Assembly (NCBI RefSeq): GCF_000143415.4 | Contig: NW_003314279.1 | Location: 620,130-684,129 of the forward strand | Reading direction: 5' to 3' | DNA from: Selaginella moellendorffii | Lineage: Eukaryota; Plantae; Lycopodiophyta | DNA length: 64,000 nt | Part shown: in pieces, positions 1 through 13,857 of the stretch | Layout: each line of letters opens with the position of its first letter | How positions within the stretch are numbered: the stretch's first letter is position 1 | Made by a program: the position numbers and the translations under genes | Notes under the pieces: model-generated | The model's database searches: none | Told to the model about the DNA's origin: nothing | The model's input: only the letters and a program-made list of their open reading frames with translations

Positions 1-1058
1 GTGAACCTGTGAAGCAAACGATGATGAGAAAGAAGAGATCTACGTTTGATGCGATCACCCTTCGTTGTCACGATGCCTTCGGTCTGCTCCCCATGAGAGG
101 AGCGCTTGCACGCATTCGACCGAGCCTCCACGAGCAGCAGCATGCAGCGGGGACATTCCGCCACCAAGTCTGACCAAGTCGAAAGTTTTCTCTTCTGTAA
201 GACAGAAAAATGGATGACTTACTCATTGATCTGGCCATAAGGAATCGTTCTCGCGGAGACCAGCGCTCCGTTGCTTAGAAGTTCCTGGACGACGGCGGCA
301 TGGCCGCTCAAGCTGGCCAGGTGAAGAGCAGTGATCCCGCTCCTGTCTTGCGCATTCAGGAATCTCGCCAGACCCCTGGAGAAAGCATACAAGTTGGCCA
401 TCGGGGAAACAAAACGTTCAAAGGATTTAGAACGTACCAAGTACTTGAATCGGCTGCTGCCAAGATCTTCTGGACGCACGAAGAGTTTCCTCCCTTGGCA
501 GCATAGTGTAAGCATGTTCTTCCGCGTGACGAACCAAATACAATTATCTATGGACCAAACGGGCAAGCAAAACTCGTTTAGAAGTCAATCCTGAGTGTAA
601 GTTCCTTACATTCGCTCCGGCGCGATCGAGAAGCCACTCGGCACAAGCCCATTTCTTCTGCTTGCAAGCAAGCATCAAGGGTGTCTGGAATATGACTTGG
701 AGCACTTACTTCTCACGCACAGATGATTCACGAGCGTGCTTACCTTGCCATACCGATCCAGAGGTTCTGCATCGGCGCCTCGCTCGAGCAATGCGATCAA
801 GACCTGATGATCAAAAAGAGAAACCGAGCCATTGAAAAGAGGTTTTTTTTTGGTCCACCATACCTCGAGCTGACCAATGGAGGCCGCCAAGTGCAAGGGC
901 GTTAGACGGCGCAGGGACCGAGCTTCATTGAGTAGATGTGGATGCTGCTCCGCCACATTCCTCACGCCACCCACATCGCCCTTCCGAATCGCTGCAAACA
1001 AGGCATGGGCTTCGTTGCGTTCTTTGTTTGGAGACAAGCTCCACAAGGCGCAAACCAT
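1..1058 (-). CDS. Ankyrin-repeat protein, XBAT/XB3-like (5' part, multi-exon, runs off the left edge)
   Basis: Spliced ankyrin motifs TPLHLAASIGQLE|VLIALLERGADAEPLDRYGK|TPLMLACKQ and ITALHLASLSGHAAVVQELLSNGALVSA; ATG at 1056-1058; short GT-AG introns. No RING domain visible in the window. Confidence 0.8.
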
Positions 1059-1521
1059 GATCGCCCACAAACATCACAGGGACCAGACAAGCCCTGAGAA
1101 AAGATCCCGCCGTGTGACAATAATGCTGTGGACTTCAATGGGGATCCCAGATGGCTCCCTAGCTGCTCTTTGATTTGTTTATAAAAAATCTGTCCCGGGT
1201 CATCGTTCGACCGAGAAAAAGGCTGCGAGAAGCAACCAAATTATATATAATATGCGATTGATATAAGATTTAGTAACAAGTGGAATGGTGCCTTTTTGCA
1301 CGACACTCTGATTAACAGATGTTTTCCACGAGCAAACGCCAAGTCCACACGGAATGGACATAATCATCCCTCTGCTGCATCAAAGTTAATTATTTTGATG
1401 TCTAGTCCTTTTATTTCTTCCCATAAAAATAAATTCTATCATAGAGTGTAAACATATAAACTTTTTCGTAATGGATTGCACATATATATTTATAAATATA
1501 TATGCAGATATTTTTGGCAGT

Positions 1522-1560
1522 GAATATACCTAGAATATGCTTGGATATTCTAGGATATTC
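1522..1560. promoter_or_regulatory. Four tandem P1BS-like motifs (GNATATNC)
   Basis: GAATATAC 1522-1529, GAATATGC 1533-1540, GGATATTC 1543-1550, GGATATTC 1553-1560; about 470 bp upstream of the ankyrin gene ATG. Function is inferred. Confidence 0.4.
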
Positions 1561-1805
1561 TACCATCTAACAGTTGTTATTCATTTTGATTAATCTTGTA
1601 TTTATAATTATAAACATGTTTATAGTTTATAAACATACTTAAACACTTTCTAGTATATTCTTTTTTATTCTACCATCTAATATAAGGTTAGTCTTGTGTT
1701 TATAAATTATAAATAAACTTTTATTTGATAAATTGAATTAATAAGTAGGAATAACACTACTTTTAAGCAAACCAAATGTTCTACATGCAACACATAGCAA
1801 ATTAT
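1526..1805 (+). repeat. Degenerate AT-rich dispersed repeat, copy 1
   Basis: Shares TACC/CTAGAATAT..GGATATTCTACCATCTAAC..GATTAATCTTGT..ATAAACATGTTTATA..CAAATGTT..AGCAAATTATT with 4165-4460. Confidence 0.7.
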
Positions 1806-2949
1806 TTTTATTTTTGAGTTCTATGAAAAAATATTATGCACATAATCACCTTTCAATTGCTATAAAAACTATTAAAATGTGATAATATATATATGTATAA
1901 TATTTTTGCATGGGATATACCATGTATAAATTAGGCATGACATTTCAAAATTGCCAACTATGAATTTAATGAGTTTTTATCTCTTTTTTTCATTAAGTGT
2001 GAATTTATGATCTTCTAACTATGGCATTCTCTCTCCTCTTTTACACATGCTCCATTCAACTCTCATATTGCACAGTTGTGCCTCATTTTTTGTGGTTTAG
2101 AAACATTTAATATATTTTAATGTAAAGCATGGTGCTTCAATTACTTTTGCAAATGTCATTTCTTGTGGCTTATTTGAAGTGTGATGTATAAAGGCAAGCA
2201 TAAAGCCTTTCTTTGGATTGAGTGCAATGGTTTTATATGAGCTAGTGAATTGTGTTGTAACTATGGTAAGGTATTAACTTTATCAATTTCTAATATCTCT
2301 AATCACGCATGTAAGATTATGGCATTTTAGTGGTTTGTTAGGCTTAAACATATTGCAAAGCAATAGCATAAGGTTTTCTTTATTGAATTTTTGCTTCTTA
2401 GCTTAAGCTTCATAGTTGTTGTAATGATTGTGTAAGGAGTGATGAGCATTGCAATATAAAATTTGCATATAAATAAATAATTGATTTATATATATTCATT
2501 TTTAATATATATGCTAATGTGTGTGTTCTTTATTCTAGATTTTTTTTGTGCCCGAAAAGCCAAGAGTTTTGTGCCAGTATGAATAACATACACTTGAGTA
2601 CATAGTTGTAGTGTGACAATTTACTACCTTTTTGGGTTTAAAAACTTATATTGTTTAGATAACATTGACACATTTTCAAAACAAGCCCTTTATTGGTATA
2701 TTTTGAATTTCAAAATATACACAAGATTATTCACTTATAAAACCACATGTAATTTTCATCATATATCCTATAGTGATTTACTATAGAATAACTACGGAGC
2801 AAAACCTAGCCCTTGGGGCCAAGAGCAATAGAACAGAACTTGAGTTTTAAAGTCTTAAGCCACTAAATAAAGGGAAGCAAAATACATGAATATGGAGTGA
2901 TATTAGAATATGTTTAGAGCATCTAGTATCTCAATACCAAAGACTAATA

Positions 2950-3830
2950 TGCAAAACAAAGCCAAACAGAATTTAACTTTATTTCAACATACTAGTGGTC
3001 TAACACGAGGATATAAGTATTCCACTAGCTAGCATGGTATAGGGTTTAGACCCAAGCTGGATACAAAACAAGAACAAACACACTCTCTACATGCATAATT
3101 AATAAATCTAGACACTTTTTATAAATAGCTTATAAAACCAAATAAGATTAACATGGGGCATGATAATGAGGGTATTTAGTGGACACAATAAACTATCATG
3201 TAGTGATATTAAAGGAGTAGTGCTCAATATGTGGGGGTTCTTAACAAACCAATACAAAACAAAGTAAAAGATAATTAAAAAACCAAGTTAAGTATGCTTT
3301 AGCTAAATAAACATTTAAAAATTCCTTCCTTATGCTCATTAAGCCAAATATAAATATTAAATATAGTTTAGTAACACTTGAACAAGAGGGATTGATAAAA
3401 GGAATTAGTAGTACCGACCACCTGCCATTATGGTAGTAAAAAAAAAAATATTTGAAAGGACTCACTAATAAGTAATTTTCGATATTCACAATCATATTCA
3501 TGACATGCTCCTCCCTTGAGAAAATCGACATCCTTATCGGTGCATACTCTAGTTTACACTACCACTAAAGAAATAACTCAAGAAAAAGTTTATCAATTTA
3601 AATAAGTTAGAGGATTACCTCTCCATCTAACCCAAATACATTACCCCTTCATTGAGAGGATGACTACTAAGAAGAAGATCACACCTATCAAATTTGATTA
3701 TCAATTGCTAGTGGCTTCTATCCACAGTTTTAAACCACAAAAATCAAGTTAAGCAACCCACCCAAGAAATTCAATGAGATAATAGACACCTAATGTGGAT
3801 CTAATGCAAGCTGTGCCTAGTGCTCAAAAC
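2950..3830 (-). mobile_element. Decayed fragment of the same old Ty3/gypsy family as 29923-40020
   Basis: Reverse complement aligns by eye with ~30500-31200 (e.g. CCATAATGGCAGG, ATATCA.TACATGATAGTTTA, CCCTC.TTATCATGCCC). Confidence 0.65.
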
Positions 3831-4164
3831 AATCCCATTTTTTATCCATTAGCCAATTCTTCCTTCTCCATGATATTATGCTTTATATCAAATTGCCTAA
3901 CAAAGCACATGAAAAATTTATATATGGTATTGATGTATACAAAACCATGTAATTTCCCAACAAAGCATATGAAGAATTCATATGTGGTGTTGATGTATAC
4001 AAAACTATGTAATTGCCCATGCTAAACCATGTTTTCATGAACAGCCAAAATTTCTACCAAAAACATTAGGCAAACATTAAAATATTTTTACAATTTTTTA
4101 AAGGAAGTTGTGAAGAGCTCAAAAAGGAAAAGTTTTACTTTTTCCTTAAGCAAATTTCTAAGTT

Positions 4165-4460
4165 ACACCTAGAATATACTTATATATTCTGGGATATTCT
4201 ACCATCTAACAATTTTTCATTTAGATTAATCTTGTTTAATAATTAATAAACATGTTTATAATTTATAAAATTTTCTAAATACTTTCTACTATATAATGGT
4301 TTATATGCAATAAGATTAATATTGTATTATAAAATATAAATATGTTTGAAATTATAAACATTTATTTGATGAATTAGGATTAATAAAGTGTACTACACAT
4401 GAACAACATTGCTATTAAGAAAATCAAATGTTTGCTGCATACAATGTGCAACAAATTATT
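4165..4460 (+). repeat. Degenerate AT-rich dispersed repeat, copy 2
   Basis: Direct similarity to 1526-1805. Confidence 0.7.
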
Positions 4461-5667
4461 AACTAATACACCATAAATATTAAGTTTCATAAAATAAAAA
4501 CCCAAAAATTAAAATATTAATTATTCAACAATTAAAATTCTTATTCTTAGCAATAGAAAGTGTTTATACTTCTTGAGTGATAGAAAATGGAAAAGCTGAA
4601 CAATCAGTCTTGTAATATTTTTGGTAAACATATTTAATATAGTCTATAAAATTTAATTTTTGAGTTTTATTCAAATTCTACAGTGTTTAATGATAAAAGT
4701 GATTCAATTTAGTTCAAAATTTTCTCTTTATATATATTGATACAATGTTAAGTGTTCCATAACTTATATATCCTAGAATTTCATAAAATTATGCATATAT
4801 TCTTTTCTCTCTTTTAACACTTTATTAAGTATTAAAGTAAATTTATTAATCTGTAAAATTCTCGACCTAGAATAACTATTTGGCAGAATTATATTTTATA
4901 ATTAACACTAATGAGTAGTTATAGCACTTACTGTTGGTGGTAACGTGGTGGTTCCTCCAGCATTGCCACCACACCCTCCAAGTATGCCTTTGCAAGAATC
5001 TCTTTAATCACTAAATAAATTATACTAAAACTGTGAGGTCTAAGAAAGATCAATTAAAACTATAATTTTAATATGTATTATTTGATACTATTGTGCTAAA
5101 TAAAGAGTATGAATATAATACAATTACTAAAAAATATTATTATAGTCATCATCAAGTTTGTACACCTATTTAAACAATATAATATAATCCTTTAAATAAA
5201 TAATAAACTTTTTATTTTTTACTTATAAGTAAAATATAAATAGATTAATAACTTATTTTAGCATAAAACTTATTTTATAAACTAGCAAAAAGTTCAAATT
5301 TTAAATTTTAAAATAAAGTAAAATAAGACTGTTATTTGAAAAGGAAAATGATATAATAAACTAGAATCTCAAACATAACAGTTTTTATTTTAAGTTAATC
5401 AATTTGAACACATACTGAGAAAAATTATTTACTTGCTACAATAATTATCGATAAAGTTCAATAGGAATATAATCCAATCAAGGAAGTTATTACAAATGAT
5501 TTAACTTGCATTGACACTAGAGAGAGGCAAATAGCTGGTCATGTTCTTCTTTGCTAGATACAAATTATAATAATAATTCAAAACAATTCATCCTTGAATG
5601 AAATATTTTGGATTCTAAAGTAATAATTGCTTGTTATTACCTTTTGAATTTTTGAAATATATATATT

Positions 5668-5812
5668 GTGAGGTCCAATTGTACAACTACAATGCTGTAT
5701 ACTAATATTAGTATAGTGGGATTTTGGTAGTTGAACCATTTGCTCTTATATATAAGTTAGGGTTTTTGGGTTAATTGATATACATATTTTTATATTCCAC
5801 TATGCACTCATA
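5668..5812 (+). mobile_element. Solo LTR of the old short-LTR gypsy family
   Basis: TGTGAGGTCCAA.TGTACA..ACAATGCT.TATACTAATATTAG ... TATGCACTCA matches the LTR at 29923-30051. Confidence 0.7.
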
Positions 5813-6159
5813 GTATTATTTAAATTAGAAATATGTATAAATACAATATGAATTTATAAATGAATTTTAACCATTAGATAGATAGTATATACTAATCAAT
5901 TTAGTTTATAAACATATCTTATAAAATCCTTCACAGTTTTAATGATTTGCATGTGTAAGAGGTTACTCCTTTAGATTAAAAAACTAGAAAATACAGTGGA
6001 TTTGGAAGTAGAAATTCCACAAATTTCTAATAATTGCCTCTTATTACATGATCATGGGATTGTTCTTTTGAATCCATCCAATGATTTATTAGAAAATGTT
6101 CTTGATGAAATACTACAAATATATTTTACTAGAATAGTTTTATCTATAATATAATCAAA

Positions 6160-6765
6160 CTATCTTCTTGCATAAAAATATTTGAGTGACATTGTAAGTT
6201 TACGAATAATCAAATCGACTATCAAAGCCACGACAATTGCAAACGCTTCTAAAAACTTCTCCCACATATAGTTCCAAGCCAGACCCAGAAATCCAAGCAG
6301 GTAAGAGCATTCAAAGCTTTTGAAAAGCTGTGAAGGAGACCATCTGCTGAAAACTCTGGTGACAATGGCCTGGAACATATTCGAGGTACCATTTTGTACC
6401 TGCGACGAGGCAACACTTGGGCTTGGACGGCTCGGCCCAGCGCTACTTGTGGTAGCACGAACGCTGCTTCCTTTGAGCTTGAGGAAGCTCTTCCAGCAGC
6501 TGATCCGAGCGGAATAGTCCACCCTCCTCCAAATCCCAGCACCATGACTCGCAGGTCCGCCATGAGGGGCCGGGCCAAGAAGCATGAAAATTCTCAGGTG
6601 GAGTAGCACTCCCTTCACCTTGGCTGTGACTGTCGCCTTGGCACGCATCTCATCGTCTCGCTTGCCCCACCACAGGAAGCGCCGCCTCGCCCTACCTTTG
6701 AAGCTCCACGAGAGGCCGCAACCCAGCGACCGGAACGAGAGACGCATCCTGTGAAGAGCAGCCAT
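6160..6765 (-). other. Possible small protein of unknown function (Arg/Ser-rich N-terminus, hydrophobic C-terminus)
   Basis: GC-richer ~200-codon ORF from MAALHRMRLSF; no recognisable domain. Confidence 0.25.
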
Positions 6766-6911
6766 AGCCAAAGGCGGACGTGGCAGTTTACCGTTGAAAA
6801 CAATCCGACGTGTCAAGCACACATGGCTTGGTTGAGACCGTTGACTTCTCATTGCGAGATGAATCTTTACACGCTCTCGCCACGAGCAACAATTCTAGGA
6901 CAAATAAATTG

Positions 6912-8864
6912 TCACTCTACCTCTCTACTAGAGCTTTGGTGGAAGTGGTGACTGTGGCTCTGGCTTGATGACCCTCCTCCATGAAACATTGGATCCAGCT
7001 GCAAGAGCTGCGGAGGGGTGGGCGATCCTCCAGTTGCTGTTGCTCCTCCTCCCACGGTAGCAGCGGCAGCAGCACCACCACCACCACCTTGCTGGAGATC
7101 ACCCAGGCTGGTCGTGTCGCCACTGATGCTTCCACCAGCATCAACGCCGTGATCTTGCAACACTCCCTTAAAGATCCGGCCCCCTATTCGGACCACTGCC
7201 TGATACGCAAACTCGTCCTCCCCACCGTCCTCCACGCTCGTCACCTTGACGCACTTAAAAACCGCCTGGGCTCTCACCTCCGAGGGCAAGCTGCCTGCAT
7301 CTGTCGCAAACAAATGCAAAGCTGAGTACGGATTATATGTTCAGTTCATTCATTCATGAATTCATGAATTCAGAGAGCAATCTTATGCAAGCTTTTCAGT
7401 TTAGCAGCTGCTCTCAGCTGCATGGAGCATTCAATTGCCCGGAACTTAAGGTGCTTTTGGTGACAGACAAACCTGACTAGTTGGCTGCAGTAACACTTTG
7501 GTTTCTCTTTTTCCCCCTGTACTTTGATTGCTGAGAGCAAACAAGAGGCAAGGTCCTTCAGAGATTCCTCACGCTCTTAGGCCACGCCTGCCTATATGCA
7601 TCCCTAGGTTACAATGCAGTCGTGAATGATGCATGCACTGCCCAGGAAAAAGCAAGCAAATGGCAGTCGCTTCGAGAAGAAATAGCGTACCTTGCGGCTG
7701 CCTGGCGTCACTGTGAGGGGAATTGGAGGTGTTGGTGGTGGTGGGGGTGACGGCGGTAATATCCTCGTCTAAGATCATGACCTGCTCGGCCGAGGATTGT
7801 TGGTGTTGCAGCTGAAGCTGTTGCTGCTGCATGGCAATGACTCGGTTCCGCTTGGATTTGGGACGGGGCTGGCCCGATGCGACGGCTGCAGCCTCGGCGA
7901 GCTGCCGCTCTCGTCGCTTGGCAGCCGGGACCCAGGTGCTCCTAACGTGTGTGGAGCACTCAAAACCTCGGCTCTTGCAGCAAGTCCGGCACCTCTGGTA
8001 CACGCAATCCTTCTTGGCCTGGTTGCCGCATTCCTTACAGGTGCTGCTCCCGCCGGCGCTGGCCGTGCTGGAGCTGCTTGCCAGCAAATTGTGCTGCTGT
8101 TGCTGCCCAGCTTGTTGAAGCTGCTGGTGGAGCTGATGATGCTGCTGCTCGTGCTGGAGAATCGGCTGCAAGCCCGATCTGTGGAGCTGAGCAACAACAG
8201 TGGGAGAGTCTGGCCTTTGGTGATGAATATTCTGCTGTTGTTGATGATGCTGTACATGCTGTTGCTGCTGCTGCTGAGCGTGTTGCTGCTGCTGCAGCTG
8301 AAGCTGGTGCAGTTGATGAAATTGCGCCAGCTGCTGGTGGTGGTGGTCGGGCCATGAACGCTGCTGGGGTGCTAAGAGGTTCATACCTCGCACGTTCATA
8401 TCCAGGGTGTTGGGTTCGTCGGATCTGCTTGCCTGCGGCTGCGGCCTCGCCATATGCTTGGGAATTACGAGACCCGCCGTCTCTTGCTCTTGCCTTGCCG
8501 GCGAATCGCGCAAGCCATATGCCACTGGACCTGAGCTGAAATGCGGAGGCACCCCTCCTGCAGAGCGAGCTGCCCCAGGCCAGAAGAATCCCCCTTCCAG
8601 CACGTGTTGCTGCTGCTGCGGATGTGCCGGTGGCTGCCTCGAGCTGGGGATCGACTCGTAAGGCAATCTGTTAAGCTGGTAGAATTGGTCGTGTTGATCT
8701 CTACTAATCGCCATAGCCACGGGCAGTCGGCTGCCCATGTACGAGACGAAGGTGGGGGGAGCAGCCCGACCTTGTTGCTCTTCCAGGTCCAGAGACAAGG
8801 ATTGCTGCGGTTGCGGTTGCGGCTGTGGCTGCTGCTCCGAGGATGATCGCCTGCTTGCAGACAT
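6912..8864 (-). CDS. SHI/STY (SRS/LRP1) family RING-like zinc-finger transcription factor; exons 8864-7691 and 7300-6912
   Basis: [46 protein letters not shown] zinc finger; C-terminal [38 protein letters not shown] (IGGH-type domain); Gln-rich tracts; GT-AG intron 7690-7301 keeps frame. Confidence 0.95.
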
Positions 8865-11800
8865 GCCGACGGGTTGATGATGCCCAGCAGCGCAGGGCGT
8901 CGAGGAAGAGGGATCCCTGCCGACGATCAGGAAGGGGTCCTTGTGTGAGGACGACGAGGACGACGACGAAGACGACGGCCCAGCAGGTGCTCCTGCAGCA
9001 CTGAAATGCTGCTGAGCTCCAAAAATGAATGGGAGGGCCGCTCCATCGCTGCGCTGGGTGGCCGTGGAGAGGTAAGCTCCATGGAAGCGATTGTCGAGAG
9101 CGCGTCTCCAGCTTTCGTCGCCTTCACCTCCTCCTCCTCCTCCTCCTCCCTCTGCCGATGAAGTCCCAATTTCGTCCCGTGGTAGCCTTTCTTACATGTA
9201 TGAATCTTGCTACAAGCTAGCTTTTGCTATATAGCTTCGCGCGCTGCTGGCTCGGAACCATTCCCCGTGTTGCCATGGACACAGCTCCTCCATTTCTCGT
9301 CCATCTCTCCGCCGTACAGCCCACGGGCACGAGATTATAGACGTCCGAGGCAAATCCATGAATCCGTTTGCTCTATTCCTGTGCTAGATCGATGCAAATC
9401 TGGTGTCGCGTTTTGGATTTCGTTAGAAAACTTAAGAAGATATGTTAGTCCAGAAATTTTTCCAGCGAATTTGATCAGCCGATGGTGGGAGTCGTCACGC
9501 TAGACGCGGAACAAGAATCGCTCGCCTAGATCTCTACCTACGCTAGAACATTGCAGCCATAGCTATTCTACCACAATGAACTCTACAGTAAAACGGAGGA
9601 ACGAACAAACGAATGTAGGCATCCATGCCTCTCTTTGCCATACGACCGTGTATGGGGGGGGTCCTGTCTACGTGGCTTACATGATTGGATGTGAAATGGA
9701 TGTGTTGAATGAATGCTTTGGCTGGGATCCAGTGTTTATACGTTTCTTTTACCTTTGTTTTCCTCTCTTTCAATGCTCGAATTGACTGAAGGATTACATG
9801 GACTCGAGTCAAGAAAGGCGGTCTGTCTGTATATAGAAATTTAAGAGCAGCTTAGAGGGTGTCTAATGATCCGACCACATTGGAATCTTATGCCTTGTTT
9901 ATCAAAAGTTTGGTCGCTGCAAGCAAAGGCTGGTTTTTTCCACGTTTTGTTTAGAGAGGCCAGAGTCTTCCACGCTCCACAAGTACGTTATGAGAGGGTC
10001 TACATGCACCAACTTCTTTTCTTCCAATGTTCCAAGGAAGGCGACGACTGCTTCTCTCAATCGATTCATTCAATTCTTTCTCTCGTATCGTTTAGATTGA
10101 AATAAGAGTTGTAAAATTCCGGGGTGGGCTCCCGGCCCATATGCGCCGACCACATTGTCGTTACCTGGTGATGGATCAACCGCACTTACCAAACTGACTA
10201 AGCTAGCAGTGTGCTCGCATTTAGAGGCCTGATCAAAGGAGCGGGAGGTATTAGCTTTTGGCCAGCTCTTCTTGATGCTTTCAGAGAAGAAACCAAACAC
10301 ACCAAGGCAAAGCGAAAGTAGACCACGAAATCAAGGAAAACGATGTGCCAATATTGTTTGATTTCAAAGCAGAGAACTGTTAATAGCAACGTTGGAACAT
10401 GCTCCTTTCAAAGAAGCTTCCATATTCGATACATACAGAGATAGATGATCTATACAGATGAGGAGAGTCGTCCTTGTCCGCCTTACATTACAGCACATCC
10501 AGATCGGATGAGAAAACAAACAACAAAAATCAGGTTGTTAAGTTGCACTCCAGCTATAGTTTTTTCTTCTGATATAAAACAACCCAGGGATAATCTCTCT
10601 CAATCACTTGCCAGAATGACCCTTGTGCCGAATTGTGTCATGGACCACACCACACCAAATGATTCTTTGAGCATGAAATGCTGTGGGAGAGAAGGAAGAG
10701 AAAACAAAAAAGTCTTGGAATCACACAGCCTTCAGGTTGGAGGGGACCAGCAACGGGACAAGGCGAAAACAAAGGTGGTGGAGGTTCGGCGGAAAAGTGT
10801 TAGAGCTGCGTTGCCCTTTGCATCAAGTGCAATCCAATCCTCTCTCCTTGAATCCCCCCGGACCACTAGAACAAGTCTCGATTCACGAGAGCAGCGCAAG
10901 GACGGCGCAACTTGGGTGTGTAAATTAGTCGACTGAGTGGAGGTCCTCGGCGCCACGTACGGTTTTGTGTTTGTGTCAGCTTTGGCTTGCTTCCATGCAT
11001 TGGCGATCATGCATGCCCATGCATAATGCATGGCTGGATCGGATCAATCGCTTTTGTCATCCAATTAATCCGCCAGATTTGCTCTTCCAAATCCCGGACT
11101 TGATCATTACTGACCATATCAATCATCAAAACACATGCTCCATAGAGTCCCTCGTCCCCCGTTGCGCTGAGTTAGTTCATCGCTTTGCGTTTCCAGAGTC
11201 CGTGTGGCTTTGCTAAAACCCTCCGGAGGAGCTCTTACGCTCTGTTTCATCACCAGTTCATGATTCGCTTGCAATCGCAGCAAGTTCAGGCTTTTGTGGC
11301 ATGCGTTTGTTCCCATCCCAGTGTAGATTTTCGATACAAAGCAGACCTCCCAACTTTTTACATATGACTATTTAAATTGTGTGTGTGTGAGTCTGTGTCT
11401 CAATCTGATCAGATCAGAGCTGAGCCTGGCAGCAGCCAGTGCTGGAGCCTGGACACTGGTATGCTGCTGCTGATCAAAAAAGAAAATTCATTCTTTCAGA
11501 GGCACTGTTTTTGTTGCTGGCTGCTCTCGACTTACTGGGGCATATTTTCGCAATGGATCCTCCCCCGCAGTAAGGACGATCAAATCATGACATGCGCGCA
11601 TTTATGACGCATGAACAGTGATTCAACGTATGGATGGAAGCAAGGACACGGCAAAATGTCCACAGAGATACGGTAACCGGTAACAAATGTTCAACAACGT
11701 ATATAACACCCTGAGACGCAATAAGATTGGCTTTTGCAAGAGAGAGATGAGAGGCATAAGCTCCAAGTCGCTTTCCCTCTGAAGAGTTAGCAGACCGGAC

Positions 11801-13857
11801 AATTTACAAAACTGGGATCCTCTCCTCTCGTGTAACTTCCTTGAATTTCTGGTGTGCAAGGGTGTTAGTTGGCTGTCTCTGTTACGGTACTATACTTTCC
11901 TATTGACACTACGGAAGGACTTGTCATGTCTCCTCCCCGCTGGAAGTTTCATCAATGTATTCAAGTGATGATTTCTACTTATAAGACATCAAGGTTATAC
12001 AAGATCATCGGATGATCATGGGTTTTTGCAAGAAGAAGGAAAAAAAAAAAAGATTTTATGGTCACCGTGGCGTACTTTGTAAGCGTTCAAGATATCCTCC
12101 AAAAAGAACGATCCTTTATGTCATGTCCAACTTGGCTACATGTATATACTGCATGAATCTAAGGAGCTCTTTGGCTCATAATTCAGACCAGCAACCACAG
12201 CCAGCGACAGAGTCAGCCGGCAACAGCAACACACACGAGTATATGGCCTGTAAATTTCCTGTCAGGAAGGAAAACACAAAAACAAAAAATCAAAAAAATA
12301 AAAATAAAAATAAAAAAGATGGGGAGACAATGACAATCCCGCATCAGTCGGTATATAATCTCATGTTTTTCTTTCTTCTTACTTTCTAAAGAAGAGCCAT
12401 GCCAGGCCAGCCTTTTGAGCCAGGGGAAGAAATATACACTGTGTCTCTCTTTTTTAATGTAACTCGATCCTGCCTGCTACTTTTGTTTTGGAGTGCAGTC
12501 AGTGAGGAGAGGCTCTGTCTTTTCATACATCAGTGTTGTAGTGCTACAGACAACAGCGCCAAGTGGATCGAGATATATATGTTGGTGTTGTTAAGCTTGG
12601 AGCGCCTTTGTGGCGGTCGTATAATATACCACCACTATACTATACTATACTATATTGGTCGTGCTATACTGACATACTCCAGCCAAGAAGAGCTGACTTC
12701 TCCCCCGATCTTTTGTTTCGTGGTGGTGTTGGTGTTGTTGTTGTTGCTCAAATTGGTTCTTAAGGATCTGGTTCTTATTGTTGTTGTGTAATGCCACTGT
12801 CGATATCATGCTGAGAACTTAAAGGAACTCCACTCTCCTCCCATTGTTTTTACTGTTTAGACTTTCTTCTTTGCTTGTCAGACACACGCAGAGACGCACC
12901 ATACATTACTTGGAATAAAAATGCAAGAAAAAGGAGAAAAAGTTTTTCACGGTGCTGTTGTGTCGTTGTCCGGTTTGCTCTCGAGATTCCTATTTCCTTT
13001 TGTGCAGTCTTCTGCTGAATTGCAATCGGAGGTAATGCTGTCATCACCTTCACAGCTTTGAGTAAGTAGCCATTGTAAAGAACATATAGTTTTCACTGCA
13101 GGGACAAGCTTCCAAGAACAAAATGCCTACATCACATAGAGTTGACCTCTTCCATGTACTAGTAATAATAATACCATGACGAGCATTTTGTCTTTGAGAA
13201 TTTGTCTTTGAGTAATGGTGCTGCATGCAAGTATGCATATTCACCAAGGCGATCACGCTCTTGCTGCGAAATCTAATCAAGCTCATGTTGTCTTGAGAAA
13301 ATATTGAAACTTCGTCTACTCTTGGGGGAATTCATGCGGCACATACTCTATACGTATGGTCTCACACGTTACATATTGCATGCCTCAACCCAAAGATCAT
13401 GACGGGTGACGGTGGATGCTAGTGAGAAACTCGAGCATTATAAAACTTCGGGTTGCCAGAGAAGCAGTAAAGTTTGAAGATAAGGGCGTTACTTGTCCAC
13501 AGTTTGGTGCATCGAAAGAAAGATGGAAATGCTATTTGACGATGGTCTTTAGGGACAAGTGTCGGAAGTGCCAAATGAATTGCGTTTCTGCTGGGAATTG
13601 CAGATGCAATTGGCCTGAATCTCGGCCGCCACTCACCAAGGACAAAGATTTCGGCTAGATCGCGAGGAGGATCGGGCAGTGGACTTACAAGAGCGCATGG
13701 TATCACTTCCGCGTAACGGGATCAAAACGGTGGGCATGAATTTACTTCTAAGTGACATTTTGGCAAGGTCATAATTTTGGAGGTGGTGCTTTTTTCCTCC
13801 GGTGTAAACTTAGCTTTTAAAAGGTAAATCCTTAATCTGCTATTTTTTCTTCAGGCC

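Noticed and set aside
7775-8846. Several long alternative-frame and antisense ORFs over the SHI/STY gene
   Set aside because: By-products of CAG-rich, GC-rich coding sequence.
9500-13800. Short ORFs and possible miRNA-like words (e.g. TTGACTGAAGG at 9782)
   Set aside because: No domain, no consistent exon chain and no convincing hairpin or full miRNA match.
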